Shown here one piece after another: positions 44,256 through 58,900 of a stretch of DNA of 64,000 nt. The stretch spans positions 29,944 to 93,943 of the forward strand of contig NIVC01001755.1 in NCBI GenBank assembly GCA_002269645.1, given 5' to 3'. This stretch comes from Macrostomum lignano (Eukaryota). The position numbers and the translations under genes were made by a program. A model generated the notes under the pieces. It had not been told where the DNA came from. It was given only the letters and a program-made list of their open reading frames with translations, and made no database searches. Numbering within the stretch: position 1 is the first letter of the stretch; the number at the start of each line of letters is the position of its first letter.

Positions 44256-47200
44256 AACAAATGACAAAATTTCATTTTTAAAAACCGGTAAGTATTCATA
44301 CACAATGTTTTAAGGGTTGTAAAAACCTAGTTTAAAATTTTAAATGGGTAGATAGTCAGTCTAAACCTGTTTTCTACATTTTGAGACGGAAATTTATAAC
44401 AAATCGTTAAGTGAGAAATATTTGTCAATGCTGCTTCAGTAAATTGCTTTCTACTAGTGTTATTCTTTTAGTGTGAATATTCATTTTAACAATATTAAAT
44501 ATCAGTTTAAATTACTTTACTGATAGGTATAATCAAGTCTAGCTGGCAGTGCATTCTTCGAGCACGCGGTGGCCGAAAGAATAGTGATAAAATTATATCC
44601 GCGCTTTCTAGTTTCTAATTTTAAGTATTCACTGATTGAATAATGTATATATTGGAAGCAGCTTTACATGTAATTATGTATAGTAGCTGGTATGGTAAAG
44701 CTGTCTTATATCGCTGTCGTATATTTGAACATGACGAATTCGTCAAATTTCTTGGAAATGAAACCCAAGTTAACACAATAATGTAGGACCTACCCTAGAA
44801 TGAATTGAAGCATATTCTTATAACAGCTAAGGAATAATATCTTTACTACAGTTTAAAAATACATCTGCTTCTAATTATAGAGTTATCAAACCTAAACCAT
44901 TATAACGCGATCTTTCTATCATTCCTAGTTAAACCTACCTTAATTGATTTTCTATAATGCTCACATTTTGGATAGGGCCTAGCTAAAAGCAGCATTGATT
45001 GATCTAGAAAATACAGAATAGTTTTGATAAAAGCTGGCTAATTGTAGGCCTATACATATAAAGTCCAGTGCTATGCTAATGCCAATGAGTAGATACTGGT
45101 ATAAATTGTATAAACAATAGCTAGGCCTAGTCTACTCTTTGAATAAAATTTGTTTTTGGCAATATGCCTATTATAAGAATTTTTTGACAATTATATCAAA
45201 ACAAGTTGTAGAAACAAGGTTAGTAGTAGTAATGCCATGGCTGCCTTGTAAAATGCTTAAGAAGTCTAAGTAAAGACAAGGCTGACAAGGTAGTAGTAGT
45301 AGGCCTAGGCCCTAGTCCTTTGGAAAGTCTGTTATTATATATTGTTGCATAGTAATGCACTATTATAGTTGTCATAAGTTACTTGAAGACTAAAAATTAT
45401 CAGGCCAGGGTTTTTTGCCAGAGCTAAGATAAGGTATGAAATCATATCCTATGCCCAATTTCAGGGTACAAATTGCATAGGCCTACCATAGTCAAGAAGG
45501 TGGCATAGGCCCTACTGTGTGCCGGAATAATTTTTTTGGGACGATCTGTGTGCCATCTATGCACTGTCTATGTGCCATTTGTGTGCCATCTGTGCACCAT
45601 CTGTGTGACATGTCTATGCCCTTATTTAACATATTTAACATAATTTTGACAAATTATGACAAATTTACAAAATTCTTAGAATTCATGCAGACTCAATATG
45701 CTATGCCAGTTTTATGCTAATAAAGATTCTATTCTGATTCCTTATACACCAAAGTTGTACATAGTATTGCATATGTCAGGGACCTCAGTGTGCACCCTAT
45801 AGTCAAGAAGGTGGCCTTTGTCATAGAAAATTCTGGTGCACACTGAGGTCCCTGGCACATGCAGCGCATAGGCCTAATAGCAGCACATAAGGTCCTTGAC
45901 ATATGCAGTACTATGCATTGTGGATATTTTGGATATTTAAGCAATACCTAAAAATGCAAATAAAATGTTAATTCATTGCAAATGCTTGCATGCAGGGAGA
46001 TGCATAGATAATTTGAGTTTATGTTCTATATTGGCTTTGGATTTTGGAGCTTCAGAAAAATTTCAACAGTCTCATTGACATTTTCCATTTGCCAATCATG
46101 TTTCAAATTCAAGGCTAGAAAGTCCATGATGTATCAAAAATGGACTCGATTGTCAACTCAGTTTTCACAATGCTCATTGACATGCAGACTCCCATCCAAT
46201 GATTTGACTTCTGAATAATGCTGACAAGACAGCTGCAATCCAAAAAATTGTTTGGATTAAGCACCTTTGCTTAAATTGATAAAGCATGAATCCATTTCTA
46301 GCAATCAATTGTCTTCAATTAAGTCAATTCAATTTAATTCAATTCAAGTCTTTAATTAAAGGGGCAATATATTCTTTAAAGTATTGACTAATACAAAAAG
46401 GAGACTTACTTGACAATTCACTTTCTAAAACCAATTTTATAAAATCAATATTTTTTAATGCTGCTTCAATACTATTTCCAATTGGAACATATATAATATC
46501 ATTCTTTATATCCTATGTTGGGATTTTAATGGGCTGTAGCTTTTAATCTACAAATGGAAACTTGGCTTGATATATCCCATAAGTCGAGCTTCACTAACTA
46601 ATATATCAAAACAAGTATCAAAAATGTATCTAGATATAAAAACTTTTCAATAGATTTAATTTTTTAAGCTAATATATTAATATAAAATATTATAAAATAT
46701 AAAATATTATAAAAAATGAACAATATCTTGTGCAATACTTTCTTTCAAATCTTCTCTTAATTACCATGCACTTTCTGTCTTCTTAATAAAACTTAAATTA
46801 GATAGGCTTACATCTGTTATAGGTACTTTGTGATAGATCATTTGAATAGGATGGGATTTTATTTTTAAACATTAAAATCATTGATAACATTAGACTGCCT
46901 AGAATCTGTTGAGGATATAGTATCATTACTAGAAATTGAAGCCAATGGATTAGTCTGAAATGATTCTAAACCTATAGTCATAGATTCCTTGGGTTTCAGT
47001 TCAAATACACTGTCTTCTTCAGGACCTTCTGTAAGATTGTTATGGAATTGAACAATATGTTTAATGATTGCAGCTTTAGTTTTACTAGAAATTTAACAAT
47101 ATTGGATTGGACAACAATATATTATTTTCTCCAATTCAAACTGATTCTAGTTTTGAAAAAGGTATTTAGCATGCTGAACAAAAGATGGAAGCTATTCAAA

Positions 47201-47261
47201 ATTTTTACCAAATTTACAAAGAAACATCATAAAAAACTAAAGCAAAATATACCTTTATAGT

Positions 47262-50089
47262 AGACACACTTAAAGGAATTTTTTCATTACTGATTGAAAT
47301 CAGGGTGTCTGTCTTCATTTTTAGCAGTCATTATATTTTAATCAAAGTATCAAACAGTTAGATTTCATAAAGGCATACATTCTTGTTTCTTTACATAACT
47401 ATAAGATACTGACTGCTAAACAAAAAATCATATGGCAGTAGAATTGCATACTAAAAAGTATTAATGTTATTCTCTTAATGTATTCTTTTCCCTTTGGCCA
47501 TACACATTTTGCTACTATCTTCCTACAATCATTTGCTACCAAATTTCTGCTATTTATCTAGAGTGCATTGTGTAATAATGACTATAATGGCTTTTGCTTT
47601 TGTAGAAAATATTATTTTTAATTTTGCCTTTTTTGCTTCTTACTATATTTAGTTTAGGACTCGGCACTCTATAATCTCAACATAATTTTCTTTAAACCAA
47701 CATAATACGCAAACAGACAACAGTAATTAACATGGTCAATGTCATAAATAGAAGCTATTGTAGGCAACCACAGCCTGCAGAAGGGCATCTACAACTGCGT
47801 ATTTGGGATACTAAACCAGCTTCATGTACCTTTGCCACGTGAGCTTAAAATCATGATGGACTGACTCAAAGGCCTGCTCATTAAACTTTCCAAGAGCATA
47901 GCCACTGGTGCCAATACAGAAGGCCAACACATGTTGCAACAGCATATGGACCTTTGAGACATGGCCAGGTTTAGCTTTGTATGCCAGGATGAATTTTGTT
48001 TTTCAAATTTGGCTGCAGCTGCAAGCCAAAACAACTGCTGACTATGGCATCCAACTTTTTCAAGCAGGTGGCATATGACCGCAAATTGTTGGGCAGGGTG
48101 TTGTACAACTCCTGTGCCTTATGCAACAGAATGCCACATGCATTTTCCTCCATGGACCCACCTCAATAGCTGACTCTGACAATGCTGCATTCACTAGCCC
48201 AATGAAATGTGGTTGTCACCCCAAGCTGTATTTAATGAGTCAAATACACAATTAGTGATTCCCAGCATCAGGTGTAATTCTAGGGGTGGAAGCACTTGCA
48301 GAATCTTGACATCGTCATCTACCAAAAGCAGCAGCTCACTCACACAGTTTTGGAAATGCTTGGCACTTACCTTGGAGTTGCCACTGGTTGCATATTCTGC
48401 TGCCATATGCTGAATCTGTCCAATTGTTTGCATGGTGCCACAAGAGGCAAGCAAAACTGCCGCCTCATAGTAGCAACAGGGATGAGCTGATGCATGCAAC
48501 TGTAGGCCACAAATAATATTAGCAACTTTCATATCAGCAGCTACACTCCAGTGCGACTCCCTCAAAATCTAGAGTCTCAAAGACAGCCCTGATGCTCTTG
48601 TATCACCCATGCATATCAGGAACTATAGCCAGCAGTATCCTCTTCTTGACACATAAGTCCTTAAATTGCATATCTGCACTGCTATCTTGCTGCAACATCA
48701 GACTTATGCAGACTTTAAAGAAGCTGCCACTGCCATTCAAGCCAAGTTTGACTTGAAACTCAGTTAACTTTCAATCACTGGCAACTTTCTCAACAAATGC
48801 TTGCATATCAGTATTGATCACTGCGGGAGACAATTGCTTCTTACCAATATCTAGCTGCACTATACCAAAGAACTGTTGCAAGAGCTGACCCTGCTTGACC
48901 AGGTGTGCCACTAGGTTGGATTGGACAGCAATGGCAGATCTAGTTCCCTATTGCAAAACTTTGGCAGCTTGTAGCATCTGGCAATTGCTGAGGCCCAGAG
49001 AGATTTTCAGCTTCATCATAATTGATAGGGATGTTAGTAAGCTTGCAGATCTTGGTTTAGAAGCTCCATGACACCTGACAGCTAATGGCCTGCCTCCTTT
49101 GGCCCTTTTCAGCATTATTGTTGAATCTCTTTCCACCAGCTTCTTAGTGAGAGTTCAATTCACCAGTTTATCCTTTGCTGAACTTCTCAAGTGACCAGAC
49201 AAATTTTGAATGAGGGTCAGCTCATTACAGCAATGTGGCTTACTTACCTCGACCAATTTCTGAGTGACAATTTGAGCAGATCTTCAATGCAGTAGGAGAA
49301 TCCAATTTGTGGGCTGACGTTGAAAGGTGAACTTGCTTGACACTACCAGAGCCTGCCTCACTTGTGTAAATGCTTTGAAAAGTGGCATTCTTTAGCAAGT
49401 TGACATTCGATCTTGTAGATCTTGCATGTACAATGTAGCTGGGACCTTTGGCTCACTGGAAGCTAGCCAATATCAGCTACCATTGCCTCATAGTTAAGCT
49501 TAGGAGGCAGAGGCCTTGGTACTAGGTCTCTAAGTGAGGATAGAATTTTGTGGCATTTCTCGCATATACCAGAGGGCAGAATATGTTGAACAGCGATAAA
49601 GCCAGCCAGCATATGGGTCTCAATAGCTTGCACTTGCCAGGGCAGAATTTGTTGATCTGCTTTTCTTAGACAAAGGATGCATACACTCTATGCAGTCATC
49701 ATGCATTTTCTGTCTTCAACTGTCTCAGCATAATATTCTGTCTATGCCTATAATATCTGTCTATAATATTCTGTCTTCAGCATAATATTGTTTAATAAGT
49801 TTGCAAAAATACTACAAAAAGAAGGCAGATTCATGCGCATAAAATACGTAGCATACAAGTATAGTATTATAAAAATTTGGCTACTTCACTTCAATAAATA
49901 AAGAGATATTTTAAAATTAAGCAAAAATGCTTATTCAAATTGCTATCAAGTTAGCTGACAGATGTACAAAGTATTGGAATAAAAAGTTGAGTACAGTTTA
50001 TCATTGGCAATTTGCTAAAAATGAAATTAAAATCAAAGACAGGCACCCTGATTTCAATCGATGACAAAAACATTCCTAAAAGTGTGTCT
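47262..50089 (-). mobile_element. Degenerate Chapaev (CMC superfamily) DNA transposon; transposase relic 49706-47742
   Basis: N-terminal H-x7-CxxC...LPSGICEKC...CTCKI...CSNC zinc-finger array (Chapa-like), KLGLNGSGSFFK (first catalytic D read as N), ADMKVANIICGLQ...HPCCY, PPLELHLMLG, SCFG, SKVHMLLQHV, NEQAFESVHHDF, AVVAYNS. Flanked by inverted repeats 47292-47315 / 50036-50059 (23/24 match) extending to 47262 and 50089. Confidence 0.85.
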
Positions 50090-53000
50090 TTTTAAGTATG
50101 TATTGTGGTTTTTTCTAGGCATTTTTTAGTACAAAATCACCTTCCAGAAGCATTGTGCAATGTAAATGAACAATATGCTTTATGTACAAATAAATAAATA
50201 CAACTTGGTATACATAGAGTTGATGTAATTTATATTCAAATTTAAATCAATGTAATATTACAAATAAACCTAGTCCTAGACTAAAGCAGGCTATTTCAGA
50301 TTATATTAATCTAAAATATACTTCTAATAATAAAATATATAGAAAAGCTTAAGTGAGTCACAGCAAGTTACAAACTTATTTATTTAAAACAATAACATAT
50401 AGACTTAAGTATATACAAAGAATGAATTGATTAGGCCCCCCTAAATATTATAGTAATTTTGTGATGCTGTTGTTAAATATAAAACTTAAAGTAATACAAT
50501 CAATAAATTATAAGCAAACAAATCAAAGAAGGCAAGTGAAGTTGTTGTAAAGCCAATGGAAAGAAAAGTAGAAAAGGTTGGGCAAAGGATATATTAGCTA
50601 GGCTAGTGCTATGAAATTTAAACTATTGAATCAGTCATTGAAAAATGTCGGACTGAATTAAGATAAAAATAGGAAATTTAGAATCGTAGATAAGCAAATT
50701 GTTCATAGTGAGGTGGAGCAGAGAAATTTTTTTTGGGTTTGGAAACTCTTGGGTTTCAGTGACACCAATGAGTTGGGCAGATTCTGCGTTCAAATTGCCG
50801 CCAGTGTTGAGTTCGCACAAATTTAATCCAGAAAATTGTGCAGACAAATCACAATGAATTTTCTCCTGTTTTACTCTGACTGCCAGGTTCTCAAGTTCAG
50901 GGGGAGAGTAGTTGTAATTGTAGCAGAGTGGTTGTTAGAGTGGCACAGTCATTCAGATGGTAGACACTGGAGATTTTGACACCAAAAATAATGTGTCAAT
51001 TTGCAGAGCTGATTACTGTCAATAGGGTAGTTGCTGCCACCACCATAATTTGTTCATTTTATGGAAACATAAGATCTCAGAGGTCATTTTGAGTTGAGAT
51101 ATTCGGTTGTTTTACACCCCACGAGCAAATTACTAAAGATAGACTACAAAGGCTTTAGTCAATAAATGAAACTTAAAGAACACTGCTGCTCACATTTTAT
51201 TATTAGCACAAATAGTTATTGGGTCAAAATATTAGCTAAACCAAGTTATTAGATCGAGCCAACGAGTACTATTATTACAAAAAAATAATGCGATTAGTGC
51301 CGGGGGTGCAGTAGCGAACTAAATTAAGTAAAGTTAACTAAGCATGAACTATTAATCAGAACACGATGAACAAACTGCAAAAACAAACTAAACACTAAAT
51401 AAGAAACTAGTGTCAGAAAATGGTAAATGTCAAACAGGAACTGAAACCTAAACAGGAGCAGGAACATGGACGGGGTTGAAAATAGCATCACATAAAAGCA
51501 ATTGCATAAATAAGGGCAAACAACAAGTGGGGCAGGGGATGGGACAAACAGGCAGGCGATGGGGCAACCAGTGGGGTAACCGATAGGGCAAACAGTGGAC
51601 AGAAACAACCAATGGGTACAGATAGGAAAAACAAAGGGGCCAAGCAGAGGACAAACAAAACCAACGGAAGGGGCCAAAGGTGGGAGCACAGGACTAGCAA
51701 AAGGGGCAACGAGTGGGGACAACAGCTGGGGCAACGGGAGGCAGTGACGCAAGTCAGTCCATTCGATTTATGGAAAAGATGTTCACCAGTTGGTAGTCCC
51801 CGCTACCACAATAGCAACTTGCAAAAATTCAAATTGTACTCATAAATCATATAACAAAAAAGCTTTAAGCACTGTATTAAATAGGATATTATTTCTGTGA
51901 ATTAGTAACATCATTACAATATTAGATTTTTACATTTGATATAATTTTTGGAGAATCAATTTTTCATTTTTTGCTAAGCAATCTTGAGGATATTTGAAAT
52001 TGTAACTCTTAACAAAATTTCATGCCTCTTGGCAACTACAAATGAACTCCTTAATTTACCAATTTGGAGCTTTTGTATACCCTTTAGTATAAAAAATGTA
52101 GCTAAAAAAGATATATATAATATATATAAAGCAAATAAAATTAAATAAAGCTTTACATGTTTGAATTACAAAAAAAATTCAATTGGCCGCTTATTGATAA
52201 TTTGCAGTTGGCCACTTTTTTGGCCACTTTTTGTTTATAGTGCAGGGTTAATACCAGAATCTATCAATTGCTTTTGAATGCCACAAATCAATGCTAGACT
52301 GATGATTGCCTCCTTCAAGTCTAATGGTTGGTAAGATAAATCGACAGCTAAATGCTGCTATGTTTTGGGCCAGTGGCAGCTATGGAGTCTTTGGGACCAT
52401 CAAGATTTGGTTTGCAGCTGCAATGGCTGATGACAAGGAGTCAATTCCTCTAAAGAAACATTTTTCTAAGCCTCTCTTACTGCAGTCCTCAAATCTTGTC
52501 TCAATGGCAGCATGGTGGTTGGCCCAAATTCATTGATTTGAGGCAGTATTGGTCTACTGCCTCTGCTGGTCAAAGGCTGCCTCTGTTCTTTTTGAGCCAT
52601 GCGGCCAATGTCTGTCTCACTATCAAAAGTATTTACCATTTAAAGTGCAGATTTAGGATTTGCAAGCAACTTTTAAGTATAAATTGAAATTGTTCATTAT
52701 TATTGTCTTGTGCTACTAATATTGTATCATTAGATGATTTCAAACTATTGTTACTATTCTTAGGAGTTCATGTCAGTTTAAAACAGACTATTGAAGTGAT
52801 TTCAATATGTGTTCAATATTCAGAAATAAATCCCAAACGAAGCAAAATCCCAATAAATTATAAGCATTAATGCAGCAATCAAAAGTAATTAAAAAATAAA
52901 GTTGGGTCTAAATAGACAAAAACAGACTAAAAACAGACCCACAAAAGTTCATTAATAACAAACATTCTAACCATTTGGTAATTGCAATTTGACCTTTTGC

Positions 53001-53540
53001 AGTGTTTTAAGGTGAAAATTTCTGTTTTTTTCCCAAAGTTGACGCAACCCCTTTAAGGACCTATCATGATCCAAAAGGGGTCTATGACAATTGACTGCCA
53101 CAATTTGACTGCCAAGCAATTCGACTGCCAAGCAATTCAACTGCCAACAATTTGACTGCCAACAAAATGGCTGCGGACAAAATGACTGCCAACAATATGA
53201 CTGTGGCAATTTGACTGACCGCAAAATGACTGCAGACAAAATGACTGCTGAGCAAAAATAAATATATAACCAATTATACAGTGCAATCCAATATTAGTTT
53301 GTTACACCATGAATTTAAACATTAAGTTTCACATAAAGGTACCCTAAAATTTAAATGGCCTCCTTAAGAATGCTTATTTTCTTGGTTGTTAGACTGCTGC
53401 AAACTGCGATGGAGCTGAAGATACACAAACTCCTCTCAGGGCTGCTAATTGGCCAGAAAGATGACATGATTTAATGACATGAAGCATGAGAAATGATAAC
53501 AACCATGAGTGTACTATGTCGCACAAACTGGCTTTCCAAG

Positions 53541-53980
53541 CAGGGATTGGCAGACTTTAATCTTAAAGGCCAGATAAAGAATCCAGCTCATGGCTGCAGG
53601 CCAGATGCGAGTGGAACAGAGAAGAAATTGACCTAGAAGAGAGGAGAGGCGAGAGGGGGGATAAGAGAAAAGATAGAAGATAAGAGGAGAGATGAGGGGT
53701 GAGGAGAGAGCAGAAAATAAGGGAAGAAGAAGCGAGAGGAGGGGAGAGAGGAGGGACAGGAAAGAGTAGAGGTGATAAGAGGGAAGAGATGAGATAGAGG
53801 ATCAATGAGAGAGGAGAGTAGAGAATAGTGAGAAGAAAGTAAAGATAAGAGAGCAGAGAGGAAATAAAAGAGGATTGAGAGGAGAGATTAGAAAGGATAG
53901 ATTAGAGAGGAGATAAGAGGGGGAGAGAGGAGGAGAGAGGAGTGAGAAGAGAGGAGAGAGAAATGAGAGAGCAGAGTCCA
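53541..53980 (+). mobile_element. Truncated copy of the GA-core hAT MITE family
   Basis: CAGGGATTGGCAGACTT..AAAGGCCAGATAAAGAATCCAGCTCATGGCTGCAGGCCAGATG matches the reverse complement of 56215-56280, followed by GA-rich tract; right TIR absent. Confidence 0.7.
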
Positions 53981-54975
53981 AAAGACATCCACTAGATGCA
54001 GCTTTTTGCACTGGGCTAACTTTGAAACTCAAAAGTTTACACAATTGTGTCAAAATAGTTTAAGATTATATTGTGTCAAATTTAAAGAGGATTGATATAA
54101 GTAGAAAGTAGAATGGCACTATAGAGGATTTATTGAAAAAATGCACATTTTTAGCAGTTTTTTGCACTTTTAGGTAGGAAACTTCAGGTTAGGAAATTAA
54201 AGACACCCTAAGACATTATCCAGTGAGTTTAGGGTGGGTGCAAAATTTGGTATCATTTAGTTGAGCAGTTAAAACAAGTTGACATACTTGGTCAATAGCC
54301 TGATCAACCATGTATCAGTTTATTTAGCTTGATTAACTAATAAAAATATTCCAATTTCCATGAAGAAAAAACATTTCAATAAAAGCCTTTAGCAACTACA
54401 TTAGTTGAGCAAAAATTTGAACATTGAAAATTTGTAAACAAACAAAAAAAGCCTTAAAAAGTTTTTGATTTTTCTTGATACATTTTTTAATGATTTTAAT
54501 ATCAATTTCAAAAAGAGAACTTACCAGTAAAAAAATTAACTTTATAATCAAAAATGGTGCCCCTTGCCTTATAAATTACATGTACTTTTGTTTTATAAAT
54601 TTAGAATTTACTTTTTTTGTCACCAAGGAAACAAAACCTAAGCATGAAAGCACTATGGCCATCTATGATCATTTATTAACCAATGGGGCATGGATAATTT
54701 TGATAGTATTATTTAAAATAACATAATATATTATGTACAATAACATAATATTTAGATTTATTTATTCATTTAATAATAATGAATGCTTTTAATTAAAGTT
54801 AAAAGTTTAAATTTAATACTCTATGATAAAACAGAGCTATAACTGTGTGCTATCAGCTAAAGTGTTTCCTTGTAATTCTGTTTTTTCACATTGGCAATAT
54901 TGAAAACACAGGACACACCAGCGGACATTTTAACTTGTGTTGAGCTACCAATTTCATGAGACTCATTGGTCAGAC

Positions 54976-55895
54976 ATGAAAAACAAAACTTACTCAAAAT
55001 TGGCTACTACTGCTAATGCTACTACTAGTAGTATGAGTGCAATTGAAGGCCTGCGCAAGCGTCACTATATTCGCGTTGTTGGCGATGAGATTCCTCAGCC
55101 TGAAGAGAATTTCGATTCAATGTTTAGCAGCCTTGGCTTGCCAACTAAACTGTTGCATAATATCACTGTCAGACTGCAGTATCAGGAGCCCACACCGATT
55201 CAAATGCAATGCGTACCAGTGCTAATGCAGTCCAGGAATGTACTGGCCTATGCACCAACTGGTAGTGGCAAGTCACTGGCTTACCTGCTGCCTATTGTGG
55301 CTAAAACTTGGATTGATCAGTCCAACTTGGTTGCCGATAATGCTAGCGGTGCAAGGAATAAGCCAGCAGCGCTGGTGTTGCTGCCTACTGTTGATCTGGC
55401 TAAACAGGTTGGTAACTTCAGGTTGGAAAATGCAGTGGTCCTATAATTGGATAGAGCAGGGGTTGGCAAACTCCGACTCGCGTGTCACATTCAGCCCTCG
55501 AAGCCTCTCTCGAGGCCCGGCCCTTGGGTTCTTTGAAGCTTCACAATTGCAGTCCAACCCGCTCAAGGTTTGTGTCTATTCTCTTCTCTCCTCTCCTAGT
55601 CCCCTTTCCCTTCTCTCTTCTTTCTCTCCTCTCTCTTCCCTCTCTCTACTCTCCCCTCTCTCCCCTCTCCCCTCTTTCCTCTCTCCTCTCTCTTCTCCGC
55701 TCTCTCCTCTCTCTCCTGTCTCCTCTCTTCTCCCGTCTCTCTGCCTACTCCCCCCTCCCTATCTCCCCTCTCTCTTCTCCCCTATCTCCTCTCTACATTC
55801 CCCCCCTCTCTCTCTATTTTTTGGCCTGACGAAGAGCCCAGATGCTTGAAACCGGTAGCCTACTTTCAATTAAATAATTTAACATGCCGTGACCT

Positions 55896-55972
<77 letters not shown>

Positions 55973-58900
55973 CTCTCTCCTGTCTCCTCTCTCTTCTCCC
56001 TCTCTCATCTCTCTTCTCCCTCTCTCCCCTCCTATCTCCTCTCTCATCTCTGTTCTCTCCCTCTCTATTCTCTCCTCTCTTCTCTCCCATTTCTCTACTC
56101 TCTCCCCTCTCTCTACTCTCTCCCCTCTCTAAGCTCTCCGCTCTCGTATTTTCTCCCTCTTCTCTCCACTTCTATCTTTTCTCTTTTCATATGTCTCACT
56201 TCATATCTTCTCTCATCTGGCCTGAAGCCATGAGCTGGATTCTTTATCTGGCCCCTGAAGTACAAAGTTTGCCAACCCCTTTGAGGTAGTGTAAGATATA
56301 GTGGTCCAATAAATTTAGTATTGGGCCTATTTTTCCAGTACAATATTTAGTGGTCTTATAATTATTTTGTCTGACTCACTGCCAGGTGGTTCACAGTGCC
56401 AAGCAGCTGGTGCAGGGTCTGCCAGACTATCGAGTCCGACTGCTCACCTCGGATATTGACGGCGACTCGGGCCAGACTGCCGCTGTTGAACAGGTTCGCA
56501 GCGCCGACATGCTGGTGTCCACGCCTCAGCGTCTGGTGCACCTGCTGACCGCGGGCGGGCCGCTGAAAGCGGAGGGATTGGACTCGGTGCGCTACCTGGT
56601 GCTGGATGAAGCCGACCGGCTGCTGCGCGATGAAGGACCTCGGGATTTGCCGACCAATTAGGAGCCATCTGCTCCAGGTTTGTGCAGAATAGGGGCGTGC
56701 TGAGTAGGGGTGTGCAGAGTAAGGGCGTGCAGAGTAAGGGCGTGCAGAGTAGGGGTGTGCAGATGAGGGGTGTGCAGAGTAGGGGTGTGCAGAGTAGCGG
56801 GTGTGCAGATGAGGGGTGTGCAGAGTAAGGGCGTGCAGAGCAGGGGTGTGCAGAGTAGGGGTGTGCAGAGCAGGGGTGTGCAGAGTAGGGGTGTGCAGAG
56901 CAGGGGTGTGCAGAGTAGGGGTGTGCAGAGTAGGGGTGTGCAGAGTAGGGGTGTGCAGAGTAGCGGGCGTGCAGAGTAAGGGCGTGCAGAGTAGGGGTGT
57001 GCAGATGAGGGGTGTGCAGAGTAAGGGCGTGCAGAGCAGGGGTGTGCAGAGTAAGGGCGTGCAGAGCAGGGTGTGCAGAGCAGGGTGTGCAGAGCAGGGG
57101 TGTGCAGAGTAAGGGCGTGCAGAGTAGTGCCATGGGTAGACAGGGAATGTTGGTAGACCAAACAGTTATCCTAAAAATACGACGCAACTCCTCAACGATA
57201 AACGACGCCTCTCGCCCTACCCAACCCCCCAGATGCGGCCACCCCCAGCTGTCCCGCGCCCTGTTAAGCGCCACGGCCCACCCGGCAGTGGAGCAGTTCT
57301 GCCGTGAGAATTTCGACCGCCTGGCCATTGTGCGTGTTGGACCGAAGCAGGCGGCCACCAACACTATTGACCAGAAACTGGTGTTCTGCTCTAATGAAGC
57401 TGGTAATCAAGGCTTGATTGACTTTCTTACCCCAACTAGAGTTAGTAGATTAGTCTTACTAATTTTATCTCCAATCTGATCTCATTATCAATCTTATGCA
57501 TTCTCTTATCTAATCTCATCCTCCATCTCAAACATGTCTTATCTAATCTTACCCTCCACCTGAGAAGCATCTCAAATCTAATCACACCCTCCCTTTCATT
57601 AAATCAATCCTAATCATCTCTTATCTAATATCACCCTCTTTTTCGAGCACCTTCTCTAATCTCACTGTCCATCTCGGACATCTTTAATCTAATCTCACCC
57701 TTGCCCTCAATCTCAAGCATCTCTTATCTCTTATCTAATCTCATTCTACACATCAAGCATCTCTTATCTAATCTCATCCTCCATCTCAAGCATATCTTAT
57801 CTAATCTCATCCTCCATCTCAAGCATATCTTATCTAATTTCATCCTCCCTCTCAAATATCTTCAATCCAATCTCATCCTCGATCTCAAGCGTTTCCAATC
57901 TAATCTCACTGTACGTCTCATGTATTCTCTTATCTAATCTTACCCTCCATCTCAATCAACTCTAATCTAGTTTCAACCTCTAATCTTAAGTATCTCTTAT
58001 CTAATCTCACTCTCTTACCCCAAGGATCTCCAATATAATTTCCCTGTCGCATCTCAAATCTATTCCTCTTGTAGCTTATTCCGCTTCAGATATCTTTTAT
58101 CTATCCTGTCTCTAACCTCAAGCATTTTGAATCTAATCTCACTATGACTCTCTTTGTCTCAAGATCTCCCATCTAAATTCTTTGTCTCTTTCTTAAGCAT
58201 GCCTCTTCTCTAATCTCACTCCCTCTCTCTGTATCTCAATCATACCTAATCTCAGCACCGTCAATCTCATCGCAGGCAAAGCTCACGAGATCAAGACTAT
58301 GTTCGCCCGAGGCGACCTGCAGTACCCCCTGCTGATATTCGTGCACACTCGGCAGCGAGCAAGCGAGCTGTGCCAGCTGCTGAGGGACCAGGGCCTCCAG
58401 GTGGACTCGGTGACCGCCGGCAGGCCTCAGGAGACGCGAGACAAACTGCTTCGCAAATTTCGCGAAGGTCGCCTACCGGCTTTGGTCAGTACAGACCTGA
58501 TGGCTCGCGGTATGGACTTTCCCAGCGTTGCTATGGTGATTAATTACGATCTGCCGACGGCTAGCCGAGAGTACATTCATCGCATTGGCCGCTGCGGCAG
58601 GGCCGGCCGTCGGGGTCTGGCCGTCAGCCTGTGGGAGAAGCGAGATCTGCCTAATCTCAGACCTGTGCTGGCGGTGATGAAGAACAGCGGTTGCCAGGTG
58701 GGATTTTAATAATTATTATCCCTAATCGGATTATCAGGATCCCTAATCGGATTATCAGGATCCCTAATCGGATTATCGGGATCCCTAATCGGATTATCAG
58801 GATCCCTAATCGGATTATCAGGATCCCTAATAGGATTATCAGGATCCTTAATCGGATTATCAGGATCCCTAATTGAGGGGGGTTTCAAAAACTCGAAATT

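Noticed and set aside
52300-52700. Possible MULE transposase remnants (also 43100-43590)
   Set aside because: Motifs too degraded to call
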